A stretch of DNA of 64,000 nt from the human T2T-CHM13v2.0 reference genome, Homo sapiens: NCBI RefSeq assembly GCF_009914755.1, contig NC_060934.1; one strand, 5' to 3'. Made by a program: the position numbers and the translations under genes. Every line of letters begins with the position of its first letter. The stretch's first letter is position 1. The notes under the pieces were generated by a model that was not told the origin of the DNA, did no database searches, and saw only the letters and a list, made by a program, of their open reading frames with translations. Below, piece by piece: positions 50,640 through 64,000 of this stretch.

Positions 50640-51169
50640 TCAGAATTAGTCACTTTGGGGACCTGTCCAGGGCTTGGCTTACCTCTTCTTAGACCTCACT
50701 GAGCCCAGAGGTCAGTGAGACATAGCATTGCCCAGGGTTAATCTGCTCTGGTGGTGTCAGGGAGCCAGCACCGGGAACCTTTCCCTGCGGGCATGGAGGG
50801 GCCTTTGCTGCCATTGCCAGGGCTGGGTGTCGTGCCATTCCAGAGATTGAGAATTCTACTGGAAAAGTAAGAAGTTGAGGTATACAGTAGAAAAGATCAG
50901 ATTATGAAGCCTGACCCCACCCTTTGCCTTGTGACCTTGGACGAGTTGCTGAACCTTTCTGGGCTTCAGTTTAGATAAGATTATCCAGCTAAAGAGGCTT
51001 GGGCATTCTGCCAATTTGTCCTTGAATCAACCTCCTTTTTATTAGACATGAAGTGTGGATTCTTTGCAAGGGACTTAGCAGTGAAGTACACAGGTATGTT
51101 GTACACCTCTTACTTGTTGATTAAAAATGACATGATCAAATTCTCTTGTTAGCATGAAGAAGAGGAAAC

Positions 51170-51400
51170 TGTGCTGTTATTAACTGCCTATTGTGTGAAC
51201 ACTTTCGCATAGATTGCTTCAGTGCAGCCTCACAATCACCTCCTGTGGTTGGTGTTATATTTCCTCTTACAGATGAGGAAAGTGAAGCTTCCAGAGGCAA
51301 CGTGCCAAAGACCTCTGGGCTAATCATGGGTATATCTGGCACCCAGATCCCTGTCCACCGGACTCCAAAATCCATCCCCTTTCCCGTACTCCACCTCGCC
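51170..51400 (-). mobile_element. MIR
   Basis: TTACAGATGAGGAAAGTGAAGCT. Confidence 0.75.
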
Positions 51401-51928
51401 CTCAACTCACTCCATTCTGCTCACAAAGCAATGATGGAAAACACAGGGAAAATGGAACTTGGTAGTCCCAGCCTAAGTGGGTTGTAGCAATTTCCTGTTT
51501 ATTTTAGTTTTCTTTTTCTTTTTCCTATAAATAGTGCCCTGGGGGCAGAATTTACTTAGTCTTCACATTTTTATTGAGCCCTTGTATATTCAGAGCACTG
51601 TGCACTGGCTGAAACTCACTAAGAGCTGCAGAGATTGAGAAGTTCTGATGCTAGTTTATCATCTGGTGAGGGGCGAGGGGGACTTTAGGTGTGTGGAAGC
51701 CTCTGCTTACCTGGGGCGTGAGTGCGTGTGCTCAGCGCTGTTCTGCCGGATTGCCATGTCATGGGCCTCACCATGTGCTCATTCCTGTGTTCATTCCTTT
51801 CAGGTATTTACATAGTGTCTGTTGTATGCACGGCTCTGTGCTAGGGGCTCGGAGGAAATAAAAAGAAATGAAGAATGTGGACTCTGTTCACCAGGAATTC
51901 CTGGCTTATCTGCGGAGATACGCATATT

Positions 51929-52136
51929 CCAGCAGTTCTCGACTGAGAGTGATTTTTTTCCCGCCAGGGGACATTTGGTGACATCTGGAAACATTTGGGG
52001 GTTGTGTGTGCCGCTTCTAGTGTCTGTGGGTGGAGATCGAGGATGCTGTTAAACATCCCTTAATGCACAGCACAGCCTCCCCACCCTAAAGTATTATACA
52101 GCCTGAGTGTCAGGGGTGCTTGGGTTAAGAACCCTG
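51929..52136 (+). mobile_element. MER20 hAT MITE within an L2
   Basis: CAGGGGACATTTGG..ATCTGGA.ACATTT..GGATGCTGTTAAACATCC..AATGCACAG.ACAGCC..AAGAACCCTG. Confidence 0.8.
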
Positions 52137-53304
52137 GTATGTCTCAAGGGTGTGGTCCCCAAAAGCCATTTGATGCTTTTGGAGTGGTGTGTGCAGTTGG
52201 TGAGCAGTGCTGCTGTGACCTCCATGGAGGGGAGCTGGCGGCAGAGTGGAGTGCTCAGAGCTGCAGGCCCTAGGGAGAGTAGGGGAAGCCTGGACTGTGC
52301 TGAGCTGGGATAGAACTGAGGCAGCTGCAGGGAGGGCAGGCAGCCACCAGGGCAGGCAGCCACCAGGGCAGGCACAGGCTCAGGGTCAGGAACGAGTGTG
52401 GAGCTGGTGGCACGGTGAGGAGGACCTGTCATAGGGCGGAGGCTCTGTGCCGGGAGCAGCAGGCAGTCTGGACCGAAGGAATGAGAGACATCGCAGACCG
52501 TGGGCTGAGTGATGCTGTGATGGATGCAGAGCTTTAGGAGGGTATTCAATGGTGCTGGGCAAGATGGGGCAGAGAAAGGCCAGTCCAACGGAAGGAGAAC
52601 CCAGCCAGGGAATGGAAAATCAGGCGGTGATGTACCGTGCAAGCTGGAGGGAGCATTGCCAATCCTGGCCTGTTTCTCAGGTTACCAGTGAGAAAATCAG
52701 GTGTAGGGCGATGAGGCGTCTTGGCTTGTGGGCAGCACTGGGTTCAAGGCAGGTCCTCGGCCGCAGGACCTGGCCTCTACTGACCAGCATCCCATGGGAA
52801 ACCTCAGCCTGTCCTCTCAGCAGCCCCGCAAGGCAGACACCATCATTTACCTCCACCATACAGAGGAGGGGACACACACTGTCACACACACTTCACCTGC
52901 CCCAGGCCTTGTTCTGGAAGTAGCAGTGCCAGGCTTTAGCCCGGGCCCTCGGACACCAGGATGCTTGCTCTTTAGCCATGGCCACTCTCGTTCCAGGTAT
53001 AAGGCTGGTCAGCCTGCCCAGGGCTGGCAGTGGGGGCGTGGAGAGAGGGTGAAGGCAGAGCGCTGGGAAGGAGGTGTGTGTAGGACCCGGTGCCTGGCTG
53101 GGACTTGAGTCCCATGGTGTGCCTGCGACCCTGGAAGGTGTGTTACTTGCCATGCTCATTTTCTCCTTGGAGCCCATCTTCACTGCAGGGTGCAGTTCAC
53201 TGCCTTTGCCAGTCCAGTGTTGCCTTCGCAATGGTGGCGTCTCCACGTTCTCCCCATTGGCACAGGCTTCATCAGTTGTGCACTGTTGCCCCTTCAGGCT
53301 GTTC

Positions 53305-53548
53305 GCATGCACGCGTGTATATATGCATGTGTGTGTGTGTGCATGTGTGTATACTTGTGTATACGTGTATGTATATGTGCATACATGTGCTTATGTATGC
53401 AAGCATGTACCTACGTGTGTACACATATACATGTGCACACATAGGTGAATATATGCATGTGCATGTGTGTATATGTGTATATATGTACGTGTGGGTGCAT
53501 ATATGTATGTGGGTAGACGTATAAGTCTGTGTGTGTTGTGTGTGTGCA
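53305..53548 (+). repeat. Degenerate (TG)/(TA)/(CA) alternating purine-pyrimidine tract
   Basis: Direct reading. Confidence 0.9.
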
Positions 53549-54360
53549 CTTGTGCCGCTGGGATTTTGGGAGGAGCATTTGCTCCTCGCCCCGCCTGATG
53601 TGGCCAGGTGGCTGCGTGTAGTGTATTTAAATGCGTTCAACGACATGAGTGAACGTAAAACAACTCCTGGGTACCAGGTTTACAGTTGAGAAGCAGGTCC
53701 CCTCTTGGCGTGTGTCACAGCTGTCTGGCAGCCTGGGCTACTTTTAACAAGGGAGGAGAGAGCAGGTGAGGCGAAGAGGCCAGAAGAAGGGAGAGCAGAG
53801 AGGGGGGCCTGTGAGAGAGAAGGGAGTGGGCAAGAGCGGGCTCCCGGGGAGAGGGGCGGGACGTTTGTGAGTGGAGATCTTATCACAGAAAATTCAGGTT
53901 GGGCCAGACCTAGCCAGCTGACTCCACCCTTTATGAATGAACACATTTGATGCGAGGATTAACTGCAGGGATGACTGGCTTGGGGGTTTTTCTTTTGTGA
54001 TTTCTAACAAAATGATTTTCCCCCTTTTCCATGATGATTGGGCCAACCTTTCAGGGTTAGGTCCATGGGCTCCTGCAGGATAGTGTATAGGATGGAAGAT
54101 CAGGTTCGAGTATTTTCCCTTGGAGTCCTGCTTTGTGCCAATGTTAAAGTTACAGTGTTAAAAAGTTCGAGTTCTTAGGCAGGGAATATACCGGACTGAG
54201 GATAGTGGGTTTTCCTTAAGGAGACTTATTTCCTCTCTGAGGGCCTCAGCTGGATTTCATGTGGAAAACAGTTCCACAGGGCACCTGCTTTCCCGCATCC
54301 ACTGAGGCATGGATTTCTCTGGTAGAGACCTTGAGCATATTAACCAAAGAGTTGGATGCT

Positions 54361-54966
54361 TGTATTAGTCAAGCTGCTCCAGTAAACATAAACGGAACCA
54401 ATAAGATGGGTGTGTGTGTGTGTGTGTGTCTGTGTGTGTGTGTGTGTGTGTGATGTATGTAATATATTCTCAAAAAGTAGATCAGAGTCTTCTAAATGTC
54501 ACAAATATGTTCCAAATACACATTTTACACACACACACACACACACACACATCTAGGAGCTGGAGACCCAGGAAAGCCAGCGGTATAATTCAGTCCGACA
54601 GTCCAAGTCCGGAGGCCGGAGAACTGGGGGGATTTGGAGGGAGGTGGTGGTCATGGTGTAAGTCCCAGAGTCCAAAGACCCAAGAATCAGGAGCACCAGT
54701 GTCCGAGGTCAGGCGGCGATGGGTAGCCCCGCTGAAGAAGAGAAAGTGAAGTCGCCCACCCTTCCTCTGCCTTTTCATTCCACCCTGGTCCTCAGTAGAT
54801 TAGGTGATGCCTTTCCACATCGGTGAGGGTGAACCTTCTTGACTCACTAGCAATTCAAACGGTCATCTCTTCCAGAAACAGCCTCATAGACACACCTAGA
54901 AACGATGCTTTACCAGCTTTTTGGGAACCTCTTAACCCGGTTAGGTTGACATGAAATTGACCATCA
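54361..54966 (-). mobile_element. MLT2 (C/D-like) ERVL solo LTR with internal microsatellites
   Basis: TGTATTAGTC..GAACCAATAAGA..GGAGACCCAGGAAAGCC..CTCTTCCAGAAACA.CCTCA.AGACACACC..TTGACA..AAATT.ACCATCA. Confidence 0.85.
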
Positions 54967-55040
54967 TGGTGTTCAACCTAGAAAGGCTGAATTTGAGATT
55001 CCCTGGGAACGTGTCCTGTCAAGACCCTCTTTGTACCTTT

Positions 55041-55108
55041 AGGCTACTTTCTCTTACTACCTCCCGGGACGGTGAGGCCACTTTCTCTTACTACCTCCCG
55101 GGACGGGG
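55041..55108 (+). repeat. 34-bp tandem duplication (2 copies)
   Basis: AGGC(T/C)ACTTTCTCTTACTACCTCCCGGGACGG(T/G)G x2. Confidence 0.9.
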
Positions 55109-56337
55109 CTCCTCTCAGGTTTTCCTTTGAATTCTGCAGTGCACACAGCCTCAGGTTCCATGACCCCTTCCTCTGCTTTCTTGCCCCCTATGATGCTCTC
55201 CTGAGGTGTGGGCCCGGATCTCTTGCAGGCAGGGTCTGAAGTGGTGCTGCTTAGAAACTGGAAGAACATTGGTAGCAACAAAGCAACGCTTCGAAGCACA
55301 GGCTGCCACTGACTCTCGCTTCTAACTGACAGCAGGGCAGTCAGGTACCATCATCATTTTGTTTTAGTTCTTGGCATTTTCCTCCCTGTATCGCTGTTTA
55401 TGTTGGAGGTGCTCTGTGAGCATTGTTAACCCCATCCTATCCTGATAGATGCAGAAGCCGTCCGTGTGAGCAGTCTAAGAGAAAAGAGGCGTGCGGTTGT
55501 AGAGGAGCAAAGTGAAACTTGGAGGCCACGTTGGCCATGTGTGTTAAGAACAGATGGCTCCTGGGAGTCTTCAAGAATTGCACTTGTTTGTAGGTAGAGG
55601 AGCTTGTTGACCTCTTTTCTCTCAAGGATGCCAAGGAAGTGAAAATTCCTCTGCAAAACTCAGTGTTGGATAGGAATATAGAGACTATTAGGCCTGCACT
55701 ATAATTTTAAAGGCAGTAAAACGGGTGTAGAAAGCCTCTCAAAGGAAGATCAAAAGCCTCCTAATGTGACCAGTGTCAGTGCTGCTTCTCACTCAGAGCC
55801 CAGGCTCTCCTTTCTGGAGGGTTCTTTCCTGGGCTGTTGGTCCATCCGGCTCCTTGCTTGGTCTACACAATGAGCTTAGATTGTGCTCATCAAAAGCAGT
55901 GTCTCTCCTTTATTGCTTGCTTGTCTGGCATATTTTCACAACAAAGAATACATAATATTGAAAGCAAATGGTCCAGCACTCGAATCTGTTTTCTGAGAAT
56001 TTAATTACGCTTCTCAGAGCAGTCAGATCTCTTCTTTGTGGCTTTATTGCTGTTTGGTCTTTATTAGGGCCAGGACTTGATGCTCTAGCGTGTACCAGAT
56101 GCTAAAGAAGCCAAGGAGGGCTGATTTAATAAACCAATGATTTTCAGACAGCTGTCATCTTCCTCCTCCTCCTCCTCCTCCTCCCTTGTTCCAGTCCTCC
56201 GCACATCACATGTCAATGGAAATCTACCATTTAGAATTCATTCTTTTGAATGAGAGTCATAGATAAGACGGAAGGAGAATGTAGGTTGATTCCAGGCTCC
56301 ACCATGTCCTAGATGTGTGAAGATGGCAAGTCCGTTA

Positions 56338-56727
<390 letters not shown>

Positions 56728-56753
56728 AAAGATAATGAATTAGACCATTGTAG

Positions 56754-57118
<365 letters not shown>

Positions 57119-58244
57119 TGGGCTCTTTCATGCCCACCTAGCCCTTGGTGCCCCCGAGCCCGAGGGTAGGACCTGCCAACCTCGGGTCACATCATGTCCT
57201 TAGTTCCTAGCGTGATGCTCCATGAATGTGTGTGGAATTAATGAAAAAGGAGCAAGGAGATGGACTCTTAATATTTCCCATATAAATATAGAACTGAGAA
57301 CAGTTTTCAAATTAACTGCACCAATTAATAGAGGAAATGATGTATTGGGTTGTTCGTTGGAATGCTGAGTGGCTCATTAAAAAATGTAATGACAGGCAAG
57401 GATGAATTTCTGAAAAGTTCTGAGAAGTTTGCAGCTACTGTGTGAACACCACCTGGACTTTTCTTGCAGCCTTGTTTACCTGTGACTCTTTATTCCCAGG
57501 ATCATGTGCAAAATGTATCTCACAAGCTAATACACGGAGTGGAGAAACACAAAGAGGCTAAAAGAGCTCTTGAAGTCTGGGACCTAGTGGCAGTAGGTTT
57601 CTTATATAAGCTTGGATGGTGCCTGCAGGCTATAGGTTGTTGCTTAGAGGATTCTGTCCTTAGAAACAGGGAACTGGCCAGCAGCAGGGAAGCACCCTTT
57701 TTGTTTTTAATTTCTGTTAATCAGATGGGGGAGTACGTTGTGTCTAAGGGGAATTTCACCTCCTGGTTTCTTCTGCTAGAATAATTTCCCTGTAATATCA
57801 GGAAATCCTATTTTTCCTTTTTCAGGAATGACAGAGGGCGAGTGGGTGATCTAGTAGATTGATTTAGGCCCAGCAACTGTGTGCCTCTGTGTAGGTTTTT
57901 GGCTGAGGGCCGCCCGGAAGAAAGGATGCTTGTTCACATTGCACAGAGGCACTGCGGATGGGCTTGTGGTGTCCTGAGGTTTGCGTTTCTTGAAAACCAC
58001 CAGCCCGGTCCCTCCCCTGTTTCTCAGCTGGGCCCTTCCTGTGGTTCCCAATTCTTTTATTTCTCTCGTGTTAATTCCTTGCCGTCTGCCTTGCATAATG
58101 CATTTGTCTTTTTCTGTCTCCAGTGGCAGGGAATTTTGATCCTTGCTTCTTTCCTGTGTCTGTGGCTGCTTCTCAGGTTTGTATTCTAGAATTCACCCCC
58201 TCTTCTCTCATCCCTCTCTTCCCCAAGCCTCTACACACTTTCCA

Positions 58245-58400
58245 GGCCACATTGTTCCCAGATCTCTGAATGCCCTGGGAAGCTTGTGAAATGCAGAGTC
58301 CTGGGTCCTGTCCCTGGCGCGTTGATTTGACAGGCCTGGGGTAGGACTGAGATGCTGGTGTTTTTAACGAGCATCCCGAGACACTTGGAGAAACAGCTCT
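58245..58400. mobile_element. MER5A-like MITE
   Basis: AGCTTGTGAAATGCAGA.TCCTGGG..TTTTAACGAGC.TCCC..TTGGAGAA. Confidence 0.55.
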
Positions 58401-58514
58401 AGGAAGACGATTCCCAAATCCAGATGCTGCCTGTTCTCAGGGAGAAATCCTGCTTTCCAGCTCTGTGCTATGTATGTCCTTGGCACCTCAGCTGAATCTT
58501 TCTGGAAGTAAATG

Positions 58515-58985
58515 CATCGCTATTCATGAAGGCCAAAAGGTGGAAACAACCCAAATTTCCGTTGACGGATGAAAGAGCAAACAAAATGTGGTCTCTCCAT
58601 GCAGTGGAATATTATGCAACCTTACAAAAAAAGGAAATTCTGACCCATGCTGCTGCATGGGTGAAACCTGAGAATGCGCTAAGCGAAACAGGCCAGACAC
58701 AAAAGGACAAATGTCCTATGATTCCACTTACTCAGGTACCCAGAATAGACAACTTCACAGTAGGGACAATGGTGGTTACCAGGGACTGGGGGGAAGGGAA
58801 ATGGGGACTTCTTGCTCAGTGGGCACAGTTCCCATTGGGAAGATGAAAAAATTCTGGAGGTGGACGGCGGTGATGGTTGGACAACAATGTGAATGTACCT
58901 AGTGCCACTGAACTCTACAGCTGAAAATGGTAAAAATGGTAAATTTTATGTGACATATATTTTATCACAGTTTTTTAAAAAAGCA
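58515..58985 (+). mobile_element. L1MB 3' end
   Basis: ORF 58526-58846 AKRWKQPKFP..MWSLHAVEYYA resembles the L1 ORF2 C-terminus; AAAATGGTAAATTTTATG terminus. Confidence 0.9.
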
Positions 58986-59765
58986 AACACATGGGTCTCC
59001 TCCCTTTCTCCCTCCCCAACTAAACTCCCCATCCTGAGGCCTCTCTGCAGTTCACATAACCCTGATAAAGCCGAGGGAGAGGGCTTGGGGGACCCACTTG
59101 ACTTATTTTTTGCACTTAAGCTGAAAGTCATGAAAATGCGGTGTCCTTCTTTCCCGGACTCTCTTTAAGAAGATTAAAGGAAACCACATTCATAAGCCAC
59201 AAGGACACTCCTGGAAAATTCTTTGTCCTGCTCCCCAAATCTTTTCTGCTTCCGTTTGTCCTGTTCATTGATGGAACCCCGCTGGGAAGGACTGAGGACT
59301 GGGCTGGAGTTCTGCTGGTATAAATCACCTTGGAGAGGGGATGTGGGGACAGAGTCTTGACCATTCACAGCTGATTGCATTTTGTCTTGTGCAGAGAGAG
59401 CAGTAGGTGCCCAGAGAGAGAGGTCAGGGGGGAACCTTCCTCTGGATAATTGCACGACTTTCCCTTTAGCAGCCGCCAATGGGAAGGGGCCCCAGGCAGA
59501 GGCTGTCACCTGGCTTTGCTGAGGTCTGATCTCTACCCTGCTCCAGGCTTCTAATACAGCCATTCTGTGACATGGAACCCAGCTCTTGTTTGAAAAGCCA
59601 CTAGAGACCAGGTTTGGCCATACCAGTGTTTCATCATTCCACGAGCTGGTCTGGAATGCCAGCTTCCTCTTAGCTGTGAATTTGCTTGTCTGGACACAGG
59701 TGGAGTGATGCCACTCTTTTCTGCCAGAACCTTGAGGTTTTAGAATGTGACTTCTAGGACTTCTA

Positions 59766-60056
59766 GGCTGGGTTCAGTGGCTCACGCCTGTAACCCAAGC
59801 ACTTTGGGAGGCCAAGGCAGATGGATCACTTGAGCCCAGGAGTTCAAGACCAGCCTGGGAAACATGCTGAAACCCCATTTCTACAAAAACGAAACAAAAT
59901 GAGTATCCAGGTGTGGTGGTGCATGTCTGTCATCTCAGCTACTCAGGAAGCTGAGGTGGGAGGATGAATTGAGCCTGGGAGGTTGAGGCTGCAGTGAGCC
60001 ATAAGGGCACCACTGCACTCCAGTCTAGGTGACAGAAGGAGACTCTGTTTCAAAAA
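59766..60056 (+). mobile_element. Alu (AluJ)
   Basis: Flanking AGAATGTGACTTCTA duplication. Confidence 0.93.
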
Positions 60057-60432
60057 GAATGTGACTTCTAAGTGGTTCTTGTCTGAAACCAGGCTCTAGT
60101 AAAGTCCTGCCGTTCTACATAATACATGGTAGCAATTTCTCAGTTCACCCAGGACATCATTGGTGATTGTGACTCAAAAGTAGCCACATGGAACTGGGTG
60201 AATTACATGAAGGCCTGAGTTAAACAGCCTCCTAGGCTGGGCGCCTGTTTCCTATGTGGGCTGGGATCACTGAAAATAAGATTCTGAGGTGTTACCTGCT
60301 TTTATTACTGTAGGAAGGAAAGTCAGGCTTTCAGACAGAAATCATGTAGGCAGATAAGAACCAAACTGAGCCTTCAGTATCAATGAATGTGCCCTGTGGG
60401 CCCTTAGCTCAAGATATCCACTGTTCAGTTTA

Positions 60433-60778
<346 letters not shown>

Positions 60779-61554
60779 CTAAAGATCTTGTTTAATCATT
60801 TCCTTTTACCTACCACACAAACACTCCTTCGAACAAGCACATCTGAGAACTGAATGTATTTTCACTACTGTGGCTGCAAGCAAGTCAGGCAGAATCAGAC
60901 TCTTTGCCAAGGGAACTTGTGGTCTTGCTGCCAGTGCCACCTCCGGGACCCCCCTACGAATTCAGTGCTTCCCAAGAGTCACCAATGACAGGAGATTTCA
61001 TTCTGGCCACTCCTGAATGAATCACAGGAGCGGCTTCTGCAGGAAGTGGTGGGGACACAAATGTACAAGCGTGGCATTTTCTGGATTCCTGTGAATTCAT
61101 TCTGTAGGGAAGACAGTGCCAATGCATGCAAATGAATGCAGATCGACAAGCCTGGAAAAGCCTTAATTCAGCAGAGCACACACAATTGATTTCTCATTTC
61201 TTCAAGGCGGTCCCTGCTCTGCTAAGAAACGGAGACTGGAGGAGGGAAAGGACTCGGCTCTGGGAGGCTGTGCAAAAGACTCAGATTCTCAAGCAGGGTG
61301 GTTTGACCTCCACTTTTCATTCTTGCAGCACTTACACGGGATGCGGAATTTTAGTTTGCATTCAGTGGCCTGCTTTGTTGTAAATATGCTCACATTTTTC
61401 TTCATTGGTATCTGCCTAGCTCCCAATTTAGTATGCTCTGGGTGACGGGGAATCTGGGTTTGGGCAATGGAACGTCTGTCTTCCTCTGCCTTTATGGATT
61501 ACCATGCAGATGTGGGAGTCAGCTCAGTTACTGCTGACCTGGTAGGGCTGGAGG

Positions 61555-62065
61555 CCAGAGGTTTTCAACTGTGGCAGCAAATTGGAATCTCCTGGGGAAC
61601 TTTAAAAATTAATATCCATGGCCAGGCACAGTAGCTTATGCCTGGAATCCCAGCACTTTGGGAGGCTGAGGCTGGACAGTCTCTTGAGCCCAGCAATTTG
61701 AGACCAGCCTGGGCAACACAGAGAGACCCTGTCTCTACAAAAAAAAATAATAAATAAACAAATTGGTCAGGTGTGGTGGTGCATGCTTGTGGCCCCAGCT
61801 ACCTGGGAGGCTAAGGCAGAAGGATCGCTTGAGCCCAGGATGTTGAGGCTGTAGTGAGTGGTGATCGCTCCACCACACTCTAGCCTGGGCAGCAGAGTGA
61901 GACCCTGTCTCAAAAAACGAACAAACAAACAAAAAAACCACATATCTGGGTCCTCCTCCAATCCAGTTGGATCAGAATCTTTGGGTGATGCCCAGACATT
62001 GTTTATTTGTTTGCTTTAAATCAGTCCCTTGGGTGATTCAAATGTGCTGCAGTATGCAGAACCCA
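61555..62065. mobile_element. MER5-like MITE with nested AluJ (61620-61937, + strand)
   Basis: GGTTTTCAAC..TTGGAATCTCCTGGGGAACTTTAAAAA..TCAGAATCT..GGTGATTC.AATGTGC..AGAACC. Confidence 0.7.
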
Positions 62066-62239
62066 TGGGCCGCCCAGAAGGATCGGCTCTCCTGGATAGA
62101 CACGAGACTTTCTTTCCACTACAGTGATCATGACGATGAATGTATAACCTCTCGCCAAGCCAGCGGCATCTCCAGCAGTGGGGAGTATGTACCCGTCCTG
62201 TGAGCTTGGAGCTCCCTGGCTCCATGCCGTGAAGAAGCT

Positions 62240-62390
62240 GAACGAGTTCACCCACAGTGTGTTTGGACTCTCAGTTTCTTCATCTGTGCAATGGGTGTAA
62301 AGATACCTGTCTGGTGTTCCCCATAGAGTTGTTGGAAAGGTGCAAATGAAACCAGATGTGTTTGGAAAAGCAGCTGGAAATTGTAACTGG
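62240..62390 (+). mobile_element. MIR
   Basis: CTCAGTTTCTTCATCTGTGCAATGGG. Confidence 0.7.
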
Positions 62391-62692
62391 GCATTATGCT
62401 AAAGGGACCTCTGCTATACCCTAGCATATTAGAGGTGATAAAAAGCCCAGTGCCTGGTGACTTTAGCATGAGAGCACAAATAAGTATCAAAACGTGTCAG
62501 CTCATCAAAACATTTATAAAACCCCTTCCAAAAGAGGTACTGGAATAAACGGAGCTGTGCTTACACAGGACGTGGACTTTTAGGAATTCTGATTCGTTGG
62601 GGAGAAGTTAAAGCAGTAGAAAACACTACCTTACGTTGTCACTGGTTTCAGACAAACCCGGAGTCTCCATCACCAGCAAAAACCTGCTTTAC

Positions 62693-62817
62693 TGTTTATT
62701 ATTATTATTTTTTTGAGATGGAGCCCTGCTCTGTCGCCCAGGCTGGAATGCAGTGATGCAATCTCGGCTCACTGCAACCTTCGCCTCCCGGGTTCAAGCG
62801 ATTCTTCTGCCTCAGCA
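62693..62817 (-). mobile_element. Alu fragment (3' part of right arm)
   Basis: (TTA)n tail then Alu sequence ending at GCCTCAGC. Confidence 0.88.
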
Positions 62818-63805
62818 GCTGCCCGTTGGGAGACTCGGAGCTCATTACTGAAGCATTACTAAATGTGGCATGTCTTTATTTTCATAGATAAGGCTTCACT
62901 TTGGCTTCCAGGAATTAGACTCCGTAGTGGCTACTGGGGCATCGTTTTCTGATTTCCAGGTGCCCCTTTGTAGCTGTCATCAAGCCTGGGAGTGTGGCAC
63001 AGTGGATGGTCAATCTTTGTGTTTTGTTCAGCTGAGAAGAGAGATTGTGCTCATAAAAGCTCACTAAAGCTGGTACGAGTGTTTGCTTATTTCCGAGGGA
63101 AAGAAGGTTCCTGGTCCAGGTGATTTCAGGGTGTTCTGAGACTGCAACAGGGAAAGCAAGCCGACCACATGGGGCTAATATTGACAGTTCCCATAATAGA
63201 TGGACCGGAGCGAGCATACTTTGTTTGACTTTGCCTCAGTTGTTTTCTTTTTCCGAGCCGAATTAACAGCACACACCTGGAGGAACACAGTGGGGATGGT
63301 GTTGTCTTTCCCTCACGAGCAGGAGAGGTTTGGATTGACTGCCCAGGCCAGCTCAGAAGAGGAAATTCTGAAAGGGGATCCGTCTTTGTCATATTCCCTG
63401 AATCAAGTGTTTCTGGCTGCAGCTGCCTAGCCAGGTGTTTTGCTGGCTTTATTGCCTGGCCTTTTATTTTTCTGCCTCTTGACCAACAAGAGGCCTTCCT
63501 GAATGTGCTCCACAAGATGTGTCAGGATGGGGAGTGAGGACACAGCCACCCTGGACGCGGGCAGCCCTGGGGAAGGCATGATGACAGGCTTTTGAGTTCT
63601 TTGGACAGGCCATAAATGAATCGTGTGGGTCTTTGGGGAGCAAAGCAACACTGTTGTAAATCTGTGGGCTTTGTCAGCCTTTCAGTGCTGAACCTGTAGT
63701 TGGTCAAGTCATACAATGTGCAGTGGGCCTATAAAGTAAGGCCTGTTATGAATATGTGAGCTTCTTGAGGGCAGAGCCTTTGACTTTATAAAAAGTACTT
63801 AATTA

Positions 63806-64000
63806 GGCCGGGCGTGGTGATTCATGCCTGTAATCCCAGCACTTTGGAGGCCGAGGCAGTCAGATTGCTTGAGTCCAGGAGTTCGAGACCAGCCTGGGCA
63901 ACATGGTGAAACTACGTCTCTACAAAAATCCAAAAAAAGAAAAATTAAAAAATGAGCCAGGTGTGGTGGCATGCATCTGTAGCCCCAGCTACTCGGGAGG
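63806..64000 (+). mobile_element. Alu (runs off window end)
   Basis: GGCCGGGCGTGGTG start. Confidence 0.93.

Noticed and set aside
52094-53646. Cluster of long overlapping ORFs
   Set aside because: GC-rich L2-derived sequence and a TG/TA repeat that lack stops by composition.
57810-57855. Acceptor-like TTTTTCCTTTTTCAG|G
   Set aside because: No convincing donor or sustained open frame downstream; such pseudo-acceptors are common.
58526-58846. ORF resembling a real protein C-terminus (also 25126-25371)
   Set aside because: Degenerate L1 ORF2 C-terminal remnants running into 3' UTR, not genes.

Overview
Primate (very likely human) genomic DNA, roughly half interspersed repeat. It holds about 55-60 Alu/FLAM/FRAM copies, L1, L2, L3/CR1 and MIR fragments, solo LTRs (THE1, LTR8-like, MLT1/MLT2), hAT MITEs (MER1, MER5, MER20) and microsatellites. 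I see no recognisable constitutive coding exon, RNA gene or CpG island. The ORF track is almost all Alu/L1/LTR-derived or chance ORFs, so the window looks like the interior of one very large intron. The most interesting locus is 41.7-43.0 kb on the + strand. It has a strong 3' splice site at 42440/42441 and a 43-codon Cys-rich frame ending at TGA 42572. An AATAAA lies in the tail of a sense FLAM dimer, inverted Alu elements bracket the exon, and a weak candidate cassette exon with a GGTG/G-run tract lies upstream. From memory, unverified, this resembles the alternative exon / premature polyadenylation module described in PRKCA intron 3. Other notable structures are a CR1 reverse-transcriptase fossil with a nested insertion stack, a local ~80-bp duplication beside an AT-rich palindrome, and an Alu with a ~45-bp flanking duplication. 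Repeat boundaries and subfamilies were assigned by eye and are approximate.
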